A DNA stretch of 64,000 nt from Candidatus Omnitrophota bacterium (GTDB lineage Bacteria; Omnitrophota; Gorgyraeia; 2-02-FULL-51-18; JAGOUK01). The notes beneath the pieces were generated by a model. That model saw only the letters and a program-made list of their open reading frames with translations, was not told the origin of the DNA and did no database searches. The position numbers and the translations under genes are program-made. The DNA lies in NCBI GenBank assembly GCA_047639455.1, contig JBLINS010000002.1, positions 226-64,225 of the forward strand, in the 5' to 3' direction. How positions within the stretch are numbered: position 1 is the first letter of the stretch; each line of letters begins with the position of its first letter. Below, piece after piece: positions 10,156-18,589 of this stretch.

Positions 10156-10256
10156 GCGCGTCATCATGAGCTGCGCGGAGCAAGCAGCGTAATGATCTCC
10201 CAGAGAAACCTTTTGCTGTGGGATTGTCGCGCCTGCTGCGCGGCTCACAATGACTC
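10156..10256. repeat. Dispersed short repeat (family copy 1) with an internal imperfect inverted repeat
   Basis: The core GTCATCATGAGCTGCGCGGAGCAAGCAGCGTAATGATC ... CTGCTGCGCGGCTCA closely resembles 17655-17760 and is related to the elements at 22171-22260, 33575-33630 and 59495-59630. Confidence 0.5.
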
Positions 10257-10451
10257 TAATAGACTATTAGATAGTAAATTTCTCTTAACAAATACGATTA
10301 AAAAACCAGCACTTTTCAACCTTTATGCCCAGGATGACGAACGTCACTTACTCCGCGCTTGCCACAGATTGACAAGAGTTGGTAGTGTCGGCTCTAGTGG
10401 TACAATATCTTCTGGTTTAGAGAGTATTTATATCATTGGGAGAATAGCATT

Positions 10452-10682
10452 ATGACAGAATGGCAGAAGAGTCCTTTTAAGATAGAAGTTAAAAATGGTG
10501 ACACCAAGGCTTTTTGTTTATGTGGCGCTTCACAAAACGGGCCATATTGCGATGGGTCACACCAAGGCACGGATAAAAGACCAGAAGTCATTAAATTTGA
10601 TGAAGACAAAACCATTTTTGTTTGTGGTTGCCAAAAGTCTGCCAAAGTACCATTTTGCGATGGAACACATAGTCAGTCATAA
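10452..10682 (+). CDS. CDGSH iron-sulfur domain protein (two CDGSH-type motifs)
   Basis: The translation contains CxC...CDGSH and CxC...CDGTH, the two-domain mitoNEET-like arrangement. Confidence 0.7.
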   Translation: MTEWQKSPFKIEVKNGDTKAFCLCGASQNGPYCDGSHQGTDKRPEVIKFDEDKTIFVCGCQKSAKVPFCDGTHSQS

Positions 10683-10753
10683 GCAGTCTGAATTAAGGAG
10701 TACAGAATGGGCAACGGCAATCATACCAGAAACATTAGCGCGCTAATATTCTA

Positions 10754-11389
10754 ATGGAAACCCTATCCCAAAATGCCGCCATACTTTTGATTGGCTGGGC
10801 ATCAGGTATTAACCTATACTTAACAGTGGCCTTAACAGGCATTTGTGGTCGCATGGGTTGGCTAACTTTGCCAGATAGCATGGACATTGTTCAAAGCCCT
10901 GTCATTATTGGTATAGCTATATTGCTTTATGCGGTTGAATTCTGCGCGGACAAAATCCCTGTGGTTGATTCAGCCTGGGATTCTTTGCACACCATAATTA
11001 GGCCAGCAGGTGCTTTGGTTATGGGATTTTTGGCCGGCTCAGAATATGGCCCTATAGCCCAAACGGTGATTGGTTTATCCACGGGTGCTATAGCTTTGGA
11101 AACGCATACGTTTAAAGCCACTAGTCGAGCGGCCATTAATTTGTCGCCAGAGCCGGTCACAAATATAGCCGCTTCCGTGACTGAGGACGTGGCTGTTGTG
11201 AGTGCATTTTGGTTTTTTATGCAACACCCCATCATCACTTCAATTGTTTTAATATTAACCCTAATAGGCGCTTTTTTTGTCATTATCTCCTTATGGAAAT
11301 TTGTGGCGGGATTATTTGGCGGAAAAAAAATATCCCCCGACCAATCACGGGAATTACGGGACCAGGTCCCAGAGGGACAGGTCCAGTGA
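10754..11389 (+). CDS. DUF4126-like integral membrane protein
   Basis: Multi-TM hydrophobic ORF. The stop codon lies in the loop of the 11354-11434 palindrome. Confidence 0.55.
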   Translation: METLSQNAAILLIGWASGINLYLTVALTGICGRMGWLTLPDSMDIVQSPVIIGIAILLYAVEFCADKIPVVDSAWDSLHTIIRPAGALVMGFLAGSEYGPIAQTVIGLSTGAIALETHTFKATSRAAINLSPEPVTNIAASVTEDVAVVSAFWFFMQHPIITSIVLILTLIGAFFVIISLWKFVAGLFGGKKISPDQSRELRDQVPEGQVQ

Positions 11390-11934
11390 ATTCGGAAGCA
11401 ACCGGACCTGTCCCTCTGGGACCTGGTCCCGTAAAGGCTACTTTTGGAGCAGGTTGTTTTTGGGGTGTAGAAAAAATATATGCTAAATTAAACGGTGTTC
11501 AAACCACATCCGTGGGTTATATTGGCGGCGCATCTGTTAATCCTAGTTATGAGGATATATGCACGGGCCGCACGGGACATGCTGAAGCAGTTCAAATAAC
11601 TTTTGATCCTCAAGTCATATCATATGGCGAATTGGTGAGTACTTTTTTTCAGTGGCATGACCCGACTACATTGAATCAACAGGGTCCGGACTGTGGATCA
11701 CAATACCGCTCCGCTATTTTTTATCATAATGAAGCGCAAAAAGAATATGCACATAAGGCCGTTGATTTATTAAATGCGACTAATATTTATCAAGCCCCTA
11801 TCACTACTCAAATTGAGGCGGCGCCCGAATTCTATTTAGCCGAAGACTATCACCAAGCTTATTTAGTCAAAAACCCCATGGGGTATTGCTCACATCGTTT
11901 GCAATACCCAAAAGTTGCCCAAATACTGCCTTAA
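11293..11934 (+). CDS. msrA: Peptide methionine sulfoxide reductase MsrA
   Basis: The GCFWG active-site motif and the downstream MsrA-typical sequence are present. The only in-frame start is the ATG at 11293, so the Gly/Pro-rich N-terminal extension is encoded by the palindrome. Confidence 0.8.
   Translation: MEICGGIIWRKKNIPRPITGITGPGPRGTGPVNSEATGPVPLGPGPVKATFGAGCFWGVEKIYAKLNGVQTTSVGYIGGASVNPSYEDICTGRTGHAEAVQITFDPQVISYGELVSTFFQWHDPTTLNQQGPDCGSQYRSAIFYHNEAQKEYAHKAVDLLNATNIYQAPITTQIEAAPEFYLAEDYHQAYLVKNPMGYCSHRLQYPKVAQILP
11354..11434. repeat. Perfect inverted repeat (31-bp arms, 19-nt loop) inside the overlapping coding regions
   Basis: 11354-11384 (TTACGGGACCAGGTCCCAGAGGGACAGGTCC) is the exact reverse complement of 11404-11434. 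The arms contain nested GGACC-A-GGTCC sub-palindromes. Confidence 0.85.
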
Positions 11935-12290
11935 TGCTTCGAGAAATAATCGGTTATATATCGATATTTTTTGGCGCCATTTGGCTTCTTAAGCCAGAGT
12001 GGTTGCGCGGCCGTATGGGACGCAAAGCTAATCGAAGAATCACTTGGTCTTTTTATTTATTTTTGATTTATTTATCTATGAATTATTTGGGTTTATTATT
12101 CAGGTTTGAGTCAGGCTTGATTCGCTCTGTCGGTGTTTTGGGCTTATTTGTGGTTAATGCTAACTTGCTACGCACCAAATCCAAAGCTTCTACTAAATTA
12201 ATTGAATTATTCAAGACTTGTCCACTCATCCTATTTAGATGTGTGGCAGCCCTCGGCCTATTGTCTGGCCTCTGGATGATTTACGCTTAA
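11934..12290 (+). CDS. Hypothetical membrane protein
   Basis: ORF with hydrophobic segments. ATG overlaps the msrA stop (TAATG). Convergent with the glycosyltransferase gene. Confidence 0.35.
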   Translation: MLREIIGYISIFFGAIWLLKPEWLRGRMGRKANRRITWSFYLFLIYLSMNYLGLLFRFESGLIRSVGVLGLFVVNANLLRTKSKASTKLIELFKTCPLILFRCVAALGLLSGLWMIYA

Positions 12291-13573
12291 ATCTTTCCCG
12301 GCTGAGTGCAGTCTAAGTCTCTGTAAAACATTAGTAAATCAAATGCGCTTAGATTTTGTTCAGCTTTTTCGTATTGGATGGAATTCAGTAGGGTATTGGC
12401 AACGGTTTCAATGGGCATATTGGCATAATAATGATCTCGGGCATAATGTACGTATTTCAAAACTCTGAAGCCATTGAACCATCTAAAAAAACGCGACACA
12501 AAGCGTGCTAATGAAGTTGAATTTAATTTAATTTCATTCAAGCGTTTTTCAAATCCACCAGGCTCACTTTGGCCTAAAAAATCCTGAATACTTTTTGGCA
12601 TTGAATCAATCTCTAGAGATGCGCTTGAATTAATCTCCCACAAGTGAGGTATATACTCTAGAAAAGTTTTTAAATCATTGAATATTTGAGGGTTGTAGGT
12701 GCTATAAACTTTTTGAGTGCTATCTAGCCATTGCTGAATGGCTTTGCCGGTACCAAAGGGAACTCGATGCGATGGGCGGCTCGATGGATAAATGGTTGTA
12801 GCGACGATATTCCTGAATTTGCCTAATGGGATGAGTTTGTGCAAAAAATAAAAATCTTCACCGGCTTTGCGTTTATTCATACCACCTTCAGATAAATAAC
12901 GTTTGGCAGTCACAGCCATACATGATCCTAAGGTGTGGTAAGCATGGGGATGCCCAGCATAAATTAGACCCCGAATATAATAGCGCAAAAATAATTCATA
13001 ATTAATAATGCCCACATATTCAGCTTCAGGCAAATCTCGTGTTAATGGATGTTCAAAATAAATGCTAGCGGCTTGACAGGCTTTGGACCCATTAAAACTA
13101 TGCTGAACCGCTTGAATGTAATTAGTCTGCACCTCACAGTCTGCATCCAAATTTAGGATAATTCCGTCCGGATGTTGAACAGAGCAAAGTCTTTGAGCGG
13201 CCAAATCCATGCCAATTTTTCGAGCCAAGCCGACACCAGCATCATTGACAGGCATTCGAGTCGCATCCAGACAATAGAATTTGAGTTGGTCATGCGTTTG
13301 GGCGGATGCCCACTTCAGGGCTGAGAGATAGGTATTGTGATTGTTTTTTTGAATATCAATGTTGTCGTCAACCGAATCATTAAGCACCACAAATACTTCT
13401 ACTAGTCCGCTAAAAGTTAGATTACGTGCAAGTGAGTCCAGAGTGCGAATGAGATTCACCTCATCATAACAGGGGATGATAATACATGTGTTCAGAGCTT
13501 CATCAGGGGCTTGTAATTGGGGTTCCATGCGCCGAATAAAGGTTTTTGTATTCAATATTGCCTGCGCACGCAT
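12287..13573 (-). CDS. Family-2 glycosyltransferase
   Basis: N-terminal GT-A fold signatures (IIIPCYDE..., VVLNDSVDDN, LDADCEV DxD-type motif). Confidence 0.7.
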   Translation of the reverse strand: MRAQAILNTKTFIRRMEPQLQAPDEALNTCIIIPCYDEVNLIRTLDSLARNLTFSGLVEVFVVLNDSVDDNIDIQKNNHNTYLSALKWASAQTHDQLKFYCLDATRMPVNDAGVGLARKIGMDLAAQRLCSVQHPDGIILNLDADCEVQTNYIQAVQHSFNGSKACQAASIYFEHPLTRDLPEAEYVGIINYELFLRYYIRGLIYAGHPHAYHTLGSCMAVTAKRYLSEGGMNKRKAGEDFYFLHKLIPLGKFRNIVATTIYPSSRPSHRVPFGTGKAIQQWLDSTQKVYSTYNPQIFNDLKTFLEYIPHLWEINSSASLEIDSMPKSIQDFLGQSEPGGFEKRLNEIKLNSTSLARFVSRFFRWFNGFRVLKYVHYARDHYYANMPIETVANTLLNSIQYEKAEQNLSAFDLLMFYRDLDCTQPGKI

Positions 13574-13603
13574 TATGATATAATTAACTTAGGGGTTGAG
13601 ATT

Positions 13604-13942
13604 ATGAGTTTATTTAAGGCAGTAATCCAAATTGTTTTAATCATAGTTATGAGCAGTTTAGCATATGCTGATCCACTCACAGGTAGAGATTGGCTAGCTT
13701 TGAATCCCGCAACCCAAAATCAACAGATACAGAATTTGGCTAAAGATGCACACCAAAATGGCATGCCGTTATCCAAAGATTATCGCGAATACACCCAGTT
13801 GATCCAATCGTATTTGACGGAAGACGAATTTTTGGCTGAGGACGGCTTGAACAATATATTTTTAGACGTTATTTATGAATTTGAGCCAAATTGCCGCGAT
13901 GCCATTGACCTAATACGAATGCCTACTTGGGGCAAAAGCTAA
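13604..13942 (+). CDS. Small secreted hypothetical protein
   Basis: In-frame ATG at 13604 preceded by AGGGG. Signal peptide MSLFKAVIQIVLIIVMSSLAYA. Confidence 0.4.
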   Translation: MSLFKAVIQIVLIIVMSSLAYADPLTGRDWLALNPATQNQQIQNLAKDAHQNGMPLSKDYREYTQLIQSYLTEDEFLAEDGLNNIFLDVIYEFEPNCRDAIDLIRMPTWGKS

Positions 13943-13945
13943 TCC

Positions 13946-14365
13946 ATGCACAAAATAATAATAATCGCCGTAGCTTTTATTTCAATGCTTTGTATAACTT
14001 CACTTAATACGCAAGCAAAAACCACCTTGGGAGGTAAGATTATTTCTCCCAATGACGTGGTCCAAAGCATAGAATGGACTAAAGCTGAATTAGGCCAAGA
14101 TATAGCCAAGCGAGACTTATTCATCAATAGCGTCTGCAGCCATCATATTATTCGTTTGAGCAAAAGTGAAGCGCCTCATACCCACCCCAATCGTGATTTG
14201 AGCATTATTATCCTAAGTGGTGCAGTTCATATGCATTATGGAGATAGAAAGATAGTTGCTAGACAAGGCGACGTTATCATTATTCCGCATGGTGAGGAAC
14301 ATTGGGCTGAAGTAGCAGCGAATAAAATTGCAGTTGCCTATGCTATTTTTACTCAAGCTGAATAA
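13946..14365 (+). CDS. Cupin-domain protein, secreted/periplasmic
   Basis: Signal peptide plus cupin motifs (HTHPNRDLSIIILSG ... GDVIIIPHGEEHWAE). Confidence 0.6.
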   Translation: MHKIIIIAVAFISMLCITSLNTQAKTTLGGKIISPNDVVQSIEWTKAELGQDIAKRDLFINSVCSHHIIRLSKSEAPHTHPNRDLSIIILSGAVHMHYGDRKIVARQGDVIIIPHGEEHWAEVAANKIAVAYAIFTQAE

Positions 14366-14386
14366 TATAGCTCACATTTAGCTGAA

Positions 14387-14402
14387 TGTGATCTATGTCA
14401 CA
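14387..14402. promoter_or_regulatory. CRP/FNR-type binding site TGTGA-N6-TCACA (TGTGATCTATGTCACA), ~90 bp upstream of the hemerythrin gene
   Basis: Perfect match to the CRP-family half-site consensus with 6-bp spacing. It overlaps a second inverted repeat, TCACATT-N6-AATGTGA (14372-14391). An identical 16-mer in reverse complement lies at 16164-16179. Confidence 0.6.
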
Positions 14403-14488
14403 GCATTTACTTCTCTCCTCAGGTATCATCTAATCAAGGTCATTAATACGATTTTTGAAAATGAGGCTTAGTTTGTTTAGGGGGTAGT

Positions 14489-14905
14489 ATGAAAAAAGAA
14501 ATCCATTGGAAGTTATCTTATTCAGTGGGAGTACTTGATTTAGACGTGCATCATCAAGGCTTGATTGAATATATGAATATATTAGATAATGCTGAGAATT
14601 ATAAACAGGATTTGGATGAAATGATATTGAAGACACTAAATGATTTGAGTCGCTATACTCAGTATCACTTCGATCAAGAAGAAAGTTATATGCGACGTCA
14701 TGATTACCCGGGCTTGAATGAGCATCTAGAGGAACACGCGCTTTTTAAGAATGAAATCGAGAACTTTAGTGTGGCCTACAAATTAGGGGATAAAGAAATA
14801 GCGCTTAAGGTAGCTAGTTTTTTAAAGACTTGGTTTATTAAACACATACTCACTATAGACAAGCAATACTCTGACTATTATAAGGAGCGCGGGATAAGCG
14901 TTTAG
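14489..14905 (+). CDS. Bacterial hemerythrin
   Basis: Hemerythrin iron-ligand pattern (W..SVG...DLDVHHQGL; HFDQEESYM...YPGLNEHLEEH; WFIKHILTID). Confidence 0.8.
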   Translation: MKKEIHWKLSYSVGVLDLDVHHQGLIEYMNILDNAENYKQDLDEMILKTLNDLSRYTQYHFDQEESYMRRHDYPGLNEHLEEHALFKNEIENFSVAYKLGDKEIALKVASFLKTWFIKHILTIDKQYSDYYKERGISV

Positions 14906-14908
14906 TTT

Positions 14909-15334
14909 CTAGAGAGATTTGGAATAACGGAATTTCATAAAAGCGACTCCACCTGCCAAAACGACCCGCCAAGCTAATTCTATTTTGTCATTGAATTTGG
15001 GGTCAAATTCTTTAACTGTATCGACGAGTGTATCAAGCCATATGTCATAAAACCGTGGTTCAATATTCAGTTTTTTTGCATTGTGTAAAGTAGCAATATG
15101 CTCTAATGGCTCATCTATGGCTCGCGAGGAGAAGAGATTCATCATATACAAAAGAGAAGCATGTAGCATTTTTTCTTGCCTATGCATATCAGCATCTGTG
15201 AACTTAGCTTTAATTTCGGGTGATTGAGCTATAAACTTCTTATAAAATTGACCATAAAATGCGTGGCTATCTGTGCCCTGAACGCGTTCCAAGCTATCAT
15301 TGAATATTTCGTCTAACTGCATAACTAAAACCAC
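14909..15334 (-). CDS. Single-domain bacterial globin
   Basis: Globin-fold signature stretches (FYGQFYKKFIAQSPEIKAKF..., proximal-His-containing HIATLHNAKKLNIEPRFYDIW). Convergent with the hemerythrin gene. Confidence 0.65.
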   Translation of the reverse strand: MVLVMQLDEIFNDSLERVQGTDSHAFYGQFYKKFIAQSPEIKAKFTDADMHRQEKMLHASLLYMMNLFSSRAIDEPLEHIATLHNAKKLNIEPRFYDIWLDTLVDTVKEFDPKFNDKIELAWRVVLAGGVAFMKFRYSKSL

Positions 15335-15464
15335 CTTGTCTCATCATATAGTGTTTTATTGGCCTCAAATTTAAGCATTCATGATAACACAAAGCTTCAT
15401 TGCGTAACCCCGGTTTAAGCTAACTATGCCCACGACACAGATATTGCTGTACAATGCAGGTACT

Positions 15465-16139
15465 ATGATTAACTTTGAAGATATCCATTTATTTAAGGGC
15501 GTGAACCCAAAAGCGCTCAAAGCTTTGGAAGCCAAAGCTATGCTGAGGAGTTTTGATAAGGGGCAGATTCTGTTTCGTAAAGAGGATGCTTGTAAGAGCA
15601 TATATTTCATTCAAGCCGGTGCTGTCAAAGTTTATAACTTATCCACATCTGGGCGAGAGCAAATATTGCATCAAATGGGTCCTGGAGAGTCCTGTGCTTG
15701 CCATGCTGGCTGTGGTGCGCAAACATGCTCTTCTTCTGCCGAAGCGATTGAAGATACAAAGGCTTGGCGTATATGGGCTGGCGACTACTCTGCATTTATT
15801 GCGGCCAATCCCAATAGTTTAGGCCAATTATGTGATAGTTTTGCTGAGCGCATACGTTCGTATTCCACTTTAATTGACGACTTGTCTCTTAAAGATACAC
15901 GCCAACGTCTGATTCGCTTTTTATTGGATATGACGCGTGCAGCCAAAGGCGAGACAGTCTCTGATGCAGATTTGTCGCTTGAGTTCACCCGTGAAGAAAT
16001 AGCTCAGCGTTTGGGAACTACTCGAGAGACAGTTGCGCGTAATTTGTCACTTTTAAAAAGAGAGGGCTTTATTGAAGTCAAGCCGCGCCACATTCGCATT
16101 CTTGACGTTGAAGGCCTTAAGAATATAGATCCCGCCTAA
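15465..16139 (+). CDS. Crp/Fnr-family transcriptional regulator with an internal Cys cluster (C-x-C-x3-C-x4-C)
   Basis: cNMP-binding-domain motifs (FDKGQILFRKEDA...YFIQAGAVKVY) and a C-terminal HTH (REEIAQRLGTTRETVARNLSLLKREGFI). CACHAGCGAQTC cluster in the sensory domain. Confidence 0.8.
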   Translation: MINFEDIHLFKGVNPKALKALEAKAMLRSFDKGQILFRKEDACKSIYFIQAGAVKVYNLSTSGREQILHQMGPGESCACHAGCGAQTCSSSAEAIEDTKAWRIWAGDYSAFIAANPNSLGQLCDSFAERIRSYSTLIDDLSLKDTRQRLIRFLLDMTRAAKGETVSDADLSLEFTREEIAQRLGTTRETVARNLSLLKREGFIEVKPRHIRILDVEGLKNIDPA

Positions 16140-16163
16140 ATAATCCTCGCTGCAACCAATAAC

Positions 16164-16179
16164 TGTGACATAGATCACA
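16164..16179. promoter_or_regulatory. CRP/FNR-type binding site TGTGACATAGATCACA inside a 22-bp palindrome, AACTGTGACATAGATCACAGTT
   Basis: Perfect TGTGA-N6-TCACA. The core is the exact reverse complement of the 14387-14402 site. It lies ~45 bp upstream of ORF 16225. Confidence 0.6.
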
Positions 16180-16224
16180 GTTATTCTTAGCTATATCCCG
16201 CATACTATAAACAGAGACAGAAAG

Positions 16225-16551
16225 GTGTGTGATGTTATGTGGCAAAACCCAGTTCACAAAAAGGCCTATTGGATGTGCATTGATGAGGATTTTAAGAAAA
16301 TGCTCGCTCAATTGATGGTTGCCGAAAGAGATGAAGAATCTGATTTATTTCGTTTTGAATTACATTTGAGAGACGCCGCCGAAATGGCTGTTTTTTCTGC
16401 TGAAGAACAAAAGATTATACGCGACATATACAAAGAATTAATGGTCGACACTGCGCGACATGCTAAAACCATTTATAAGATTTGTGATTTATTGAATGCA
16501 TTATATGAGCGAGAGACAGGGGGTAAGTCGTGCGAGACGAAGAAATCTTAA
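16225..16551 (+). CDS. Hypothetical protein (first half of a possible split ferritin-like pair)
   Basis: ORF directly downstream of the CRP box. Overlaps the next ORF by 22 nt in a different frame. Confidence 0.4.
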   Translation: MCDVMWQNPVHKKAYWMCIDEDFKKMLAQLMVAERDEESDLFRFELHLRDAAEMAVFSAEEQKIIRDIYKELMVDTARHAKTIYKICDLLNALYERETGGKSCETKKS

Positions 16552-16775
16552 CCTTATGGGAACACAGATTCAAACAAATAGTCAAACTTGAAGTTGAATC
16601 TAGTCAAGAATACCAGCACTTACTTAAGCGTTTTTCGCATTTATTGGATGGCACCAAGGTTAGAAAAATTATTCAAAAAATTATTCATGATGAAGACAAG
16701 CACGTCGCAATGTCAAAAAAACTTTTTGATATTGTCAAAAATGAAAAGAAACGTAGGCTTGAAAAGACGGAATAG
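16530..16775 (+). CDS. Hypothetical protein with two ExxH motifs (ferritin/rubrerythrin-like half-site)
   Basis: GTG start preceded by AGGGGG. EYQH and EDKH motifs ~35 aa apart. Confidence 0.4.
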   Translation: MRDEEILTLWEHRFKQIVKLEVESSQEYQHLLKRFSHLLDGTKVRKIIQKIIHDEDKHVAMSKKLFDIVKNEKKRRLEKTE

Positions 16776-16790
16776 AGGCAGTTTGAGAAT

Positions 16791-17318
16791 ATGAGTAATC
16801 GATACGAATATATCAATCAGCTAGAGGGTTGTGGCACAGGCATGTTGACAGCAACAGCCCAATTGAATGAATTAATATTGCAATTAGACCCTTCTAAAGA
16901 AGACGAATTCATGCGTGGCTGTTTGCTAGATATTCAGGCGAGCCTTGCGCGACTAGTCAAAGATATGACTAATCACATCAAGTTGGAAGAAAATATTTTC
17001 TTTCCTTTTGTCTCTACACATATACCTCGCTTGGATATGAGCATCCATTTACTCAAATCAGAACATGGTGATATTTTTAATGAGTTAAGCTACTTAGACG
17101 ATGCATTAATCCGCGGACTCAAGTCATCGCAAGGTTGTGTGTCAGATGTATTTGATGAATTGCACAAAATTGCTGCATGTTTAATGAATATAGTTCGCCA
17201 TCATGTCAATATTGAATCAAGATCAATGCATATGGCCATATTCGCCTATTTAAAACCGCGCGAATTGAATCTATTAAACAAAAAGTTAGACGATTATTCA
17301 TTACAAATAAAAAGTTGA
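16791..17318 (+). CDS. Hemerythrin HHE cation-binding domain protein (RIC/ScdA-like)
   Basis: Pattern H..LEENIFFP ... EHGDI typical of the HHE domain. Confidence 0.55.
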   Translation: MSNRYEYINQLEGCGTGMLTATAQLNELILQLDPSKEDEFMRGCLLDIQASLARLVKDMTNHIKLEENIFFPFVSTHIPRLDMSIHLLKSEHGDIFNELSYLDDALIRGLKSSQGCVSDVFDELHKIAACLMNIVRHHVNIESRSMHMAIFAYLKPRELNLLNKKLDDYSLQIKS

Positions 17319-17384
17319 ACCGTGCGTGTCGAGTTTTGTGCGTCTAGTATCCATAAGAACCTCACTCACTCGGCCCGCTCGTAG

Positions 17385-17765
17385 CATAGACTCTTTATTC
17401 ATCGTCCACTCACCACCACTGCTCCGAGTGCCCCAGGATGACGGTCTTCTCTAATTTATAAATTCTAGACACATAGAATTATACGCTCTCGCATGGCTTC
17501 TCTCACAAGACCAGGTGTAAGGTGTCACGATTAAGGTAGCATCACCACCCTATGACACAATCATCACAAAGTGTTGGTCCTGGGCTTGTAATTATGCGCA
17601 ATAAAATGTGCTAAGTCTTAAAAATATAAAAAAACACTACCACGTCCTCAGCATGTCATCGTGAGCTGCGCGGAGCAAGCAGCGTGACGATCCCCCAGAA
17701 AAAGCTTTTGCTGGGAGATCCTTACGTCGCTTGCTCCGCGCGACTCAGGATAACGTTGTGACCTA
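17385..17765. repeat. Cluster of dispersed repeat elements (degenerate copy A of a longer element)
   Basis: The blocks CCACTGCTCCG...CAGGATGACGGTCTTCTCTAATTTATAAATTCTAGACACATAGAATTATAC, GACACAATCATCACAAAGTGT and GTCATCGTGAGCTGCGCGGAGCAAGCAGCGTGACGATC...ACGTCGCTTGCTCCGCGCGACTCAGGATAACG all recur at 18590-19060 and 10156-10256. Confidence 0.5.
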
Positions 17766-18047
17766 AATTGTGAAATATTGCACCAGGTCTCGTAAAATGT
17801 GTTTATGTGTGAAAGAAATAATTAGATAAGTTATGATTTGAGTATTTTGTTAACTTAGTTTGTGTTAAAAAATCAAAATACGGATTTATATTATCAATTG
17901 TATTGATTTTGAATCAAATAGTGTGGTATTTTCAATCTTCTGAGGGATAAAAAGACATTTATTCAAAATCAAGCATTGAACTAGGTATATTTCAGTATAT
18001 TTTAATATATTTTAGTATTATCTAAGATTAAAGAGGGCGGTATTGTA

Positions 18048-18578
18048 ATGGAAAAAAGAGATATTGAGAGAGAAGAGCGTATGTTTCAGATGATGGAGCG
18101 AATTGCTATGTCACTCGAAAAAGTTGTTGAGGGCCAAATGGCCGTGATTGAAGCTAGTAAAGAATTAGTTGATCGTAGGGCTGGGGTTGGGAGTCGACGT
18201 GCGATTTTAGAGGATAGACGTAGTCAAAGTGCGATTGATCGCCGTGCCGCTGAAGGTTTGCCGGCATTACCGCTTCAATCTAATGGCAATGGTAATAACG
18301 AAGCCTTAGAGGACCAAACAACTACGAGCAATGGCGCTTTTGAGCACCCTAGTGTATTAACTGCGACACAAGTAGCGCGCATGCTGAATACTTCTAAAGG
18401 CACTGTATATCTTTGGGTCAATCAAAACAAAATTCCTTTTATCAAAATTGGTGGCTCCATCCGTTTTCCTGAAGATGAAATTCATAGATGGATATCTAAT
18501 GGCACAGTTTTAGAAAAACCGTCTAGTAGTGCACGCCGCATCCAGAGAAGAACTTCCGAGAGCACCAACCCAGCATAG
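18048..18578 (+). CDS. Excisionase-family (HTH_17/MerR-like) DNA-binding protein with an N-terminal coiled-coil region
   Basis: C-terminal LTATQVARMLNTSKGTVYLWVNQNKIPFIKIGGSIRFPEDEIHRWI matches the excisionase-type HTH pattern. Confidence 0.6.
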   Translation: MEKRDIEREERMFQMMERIAMSLEKVVEGQMAVIEASKELVDRRAGVGSRRAILEDRRSQSAIDRRAAEGLPALPLQSNGNGNNEALEDQTTTSNGAFEHPSVLTATQVARMLNTSKGTVYLWVNQNKIPFIKIGGSIRFPEDEIHRWISNGTVLEKPSSSARRIQRRTSESTNPA

Positions 18579-18589
18579 ATTATCTCTTT

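Noticed and set aside
10192-10455. 87-aa ORF (MISQRNLLLWDCRACCAAHN...) upstream of the CDGSH gene
   Set aside because: Its N-terminal half is a translation of the GC-rich dispersed repeat 10156-10256. The Cys/Ala-rich sequence is an artefact of repeat composition.
11404-11470. Possibility that msrA starts downstream of the palindrome, giving an ordinary short N-terminus
   Set aside because: There is no ATG/GTG/TTG in the msrA frame between the palindrome and the GCFWG codons. Only a CTG is present, so the upstream ATG at 11293 is required.
15371-15610. Minus-strand 79-aa ORF overlapping the Crp/Fnr gene start
   Set aside because: It overlaps a well-supported regulator gene and has no support of its own. 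The divergent globin/Crp intergenic region is more parsimoniously non-coding.
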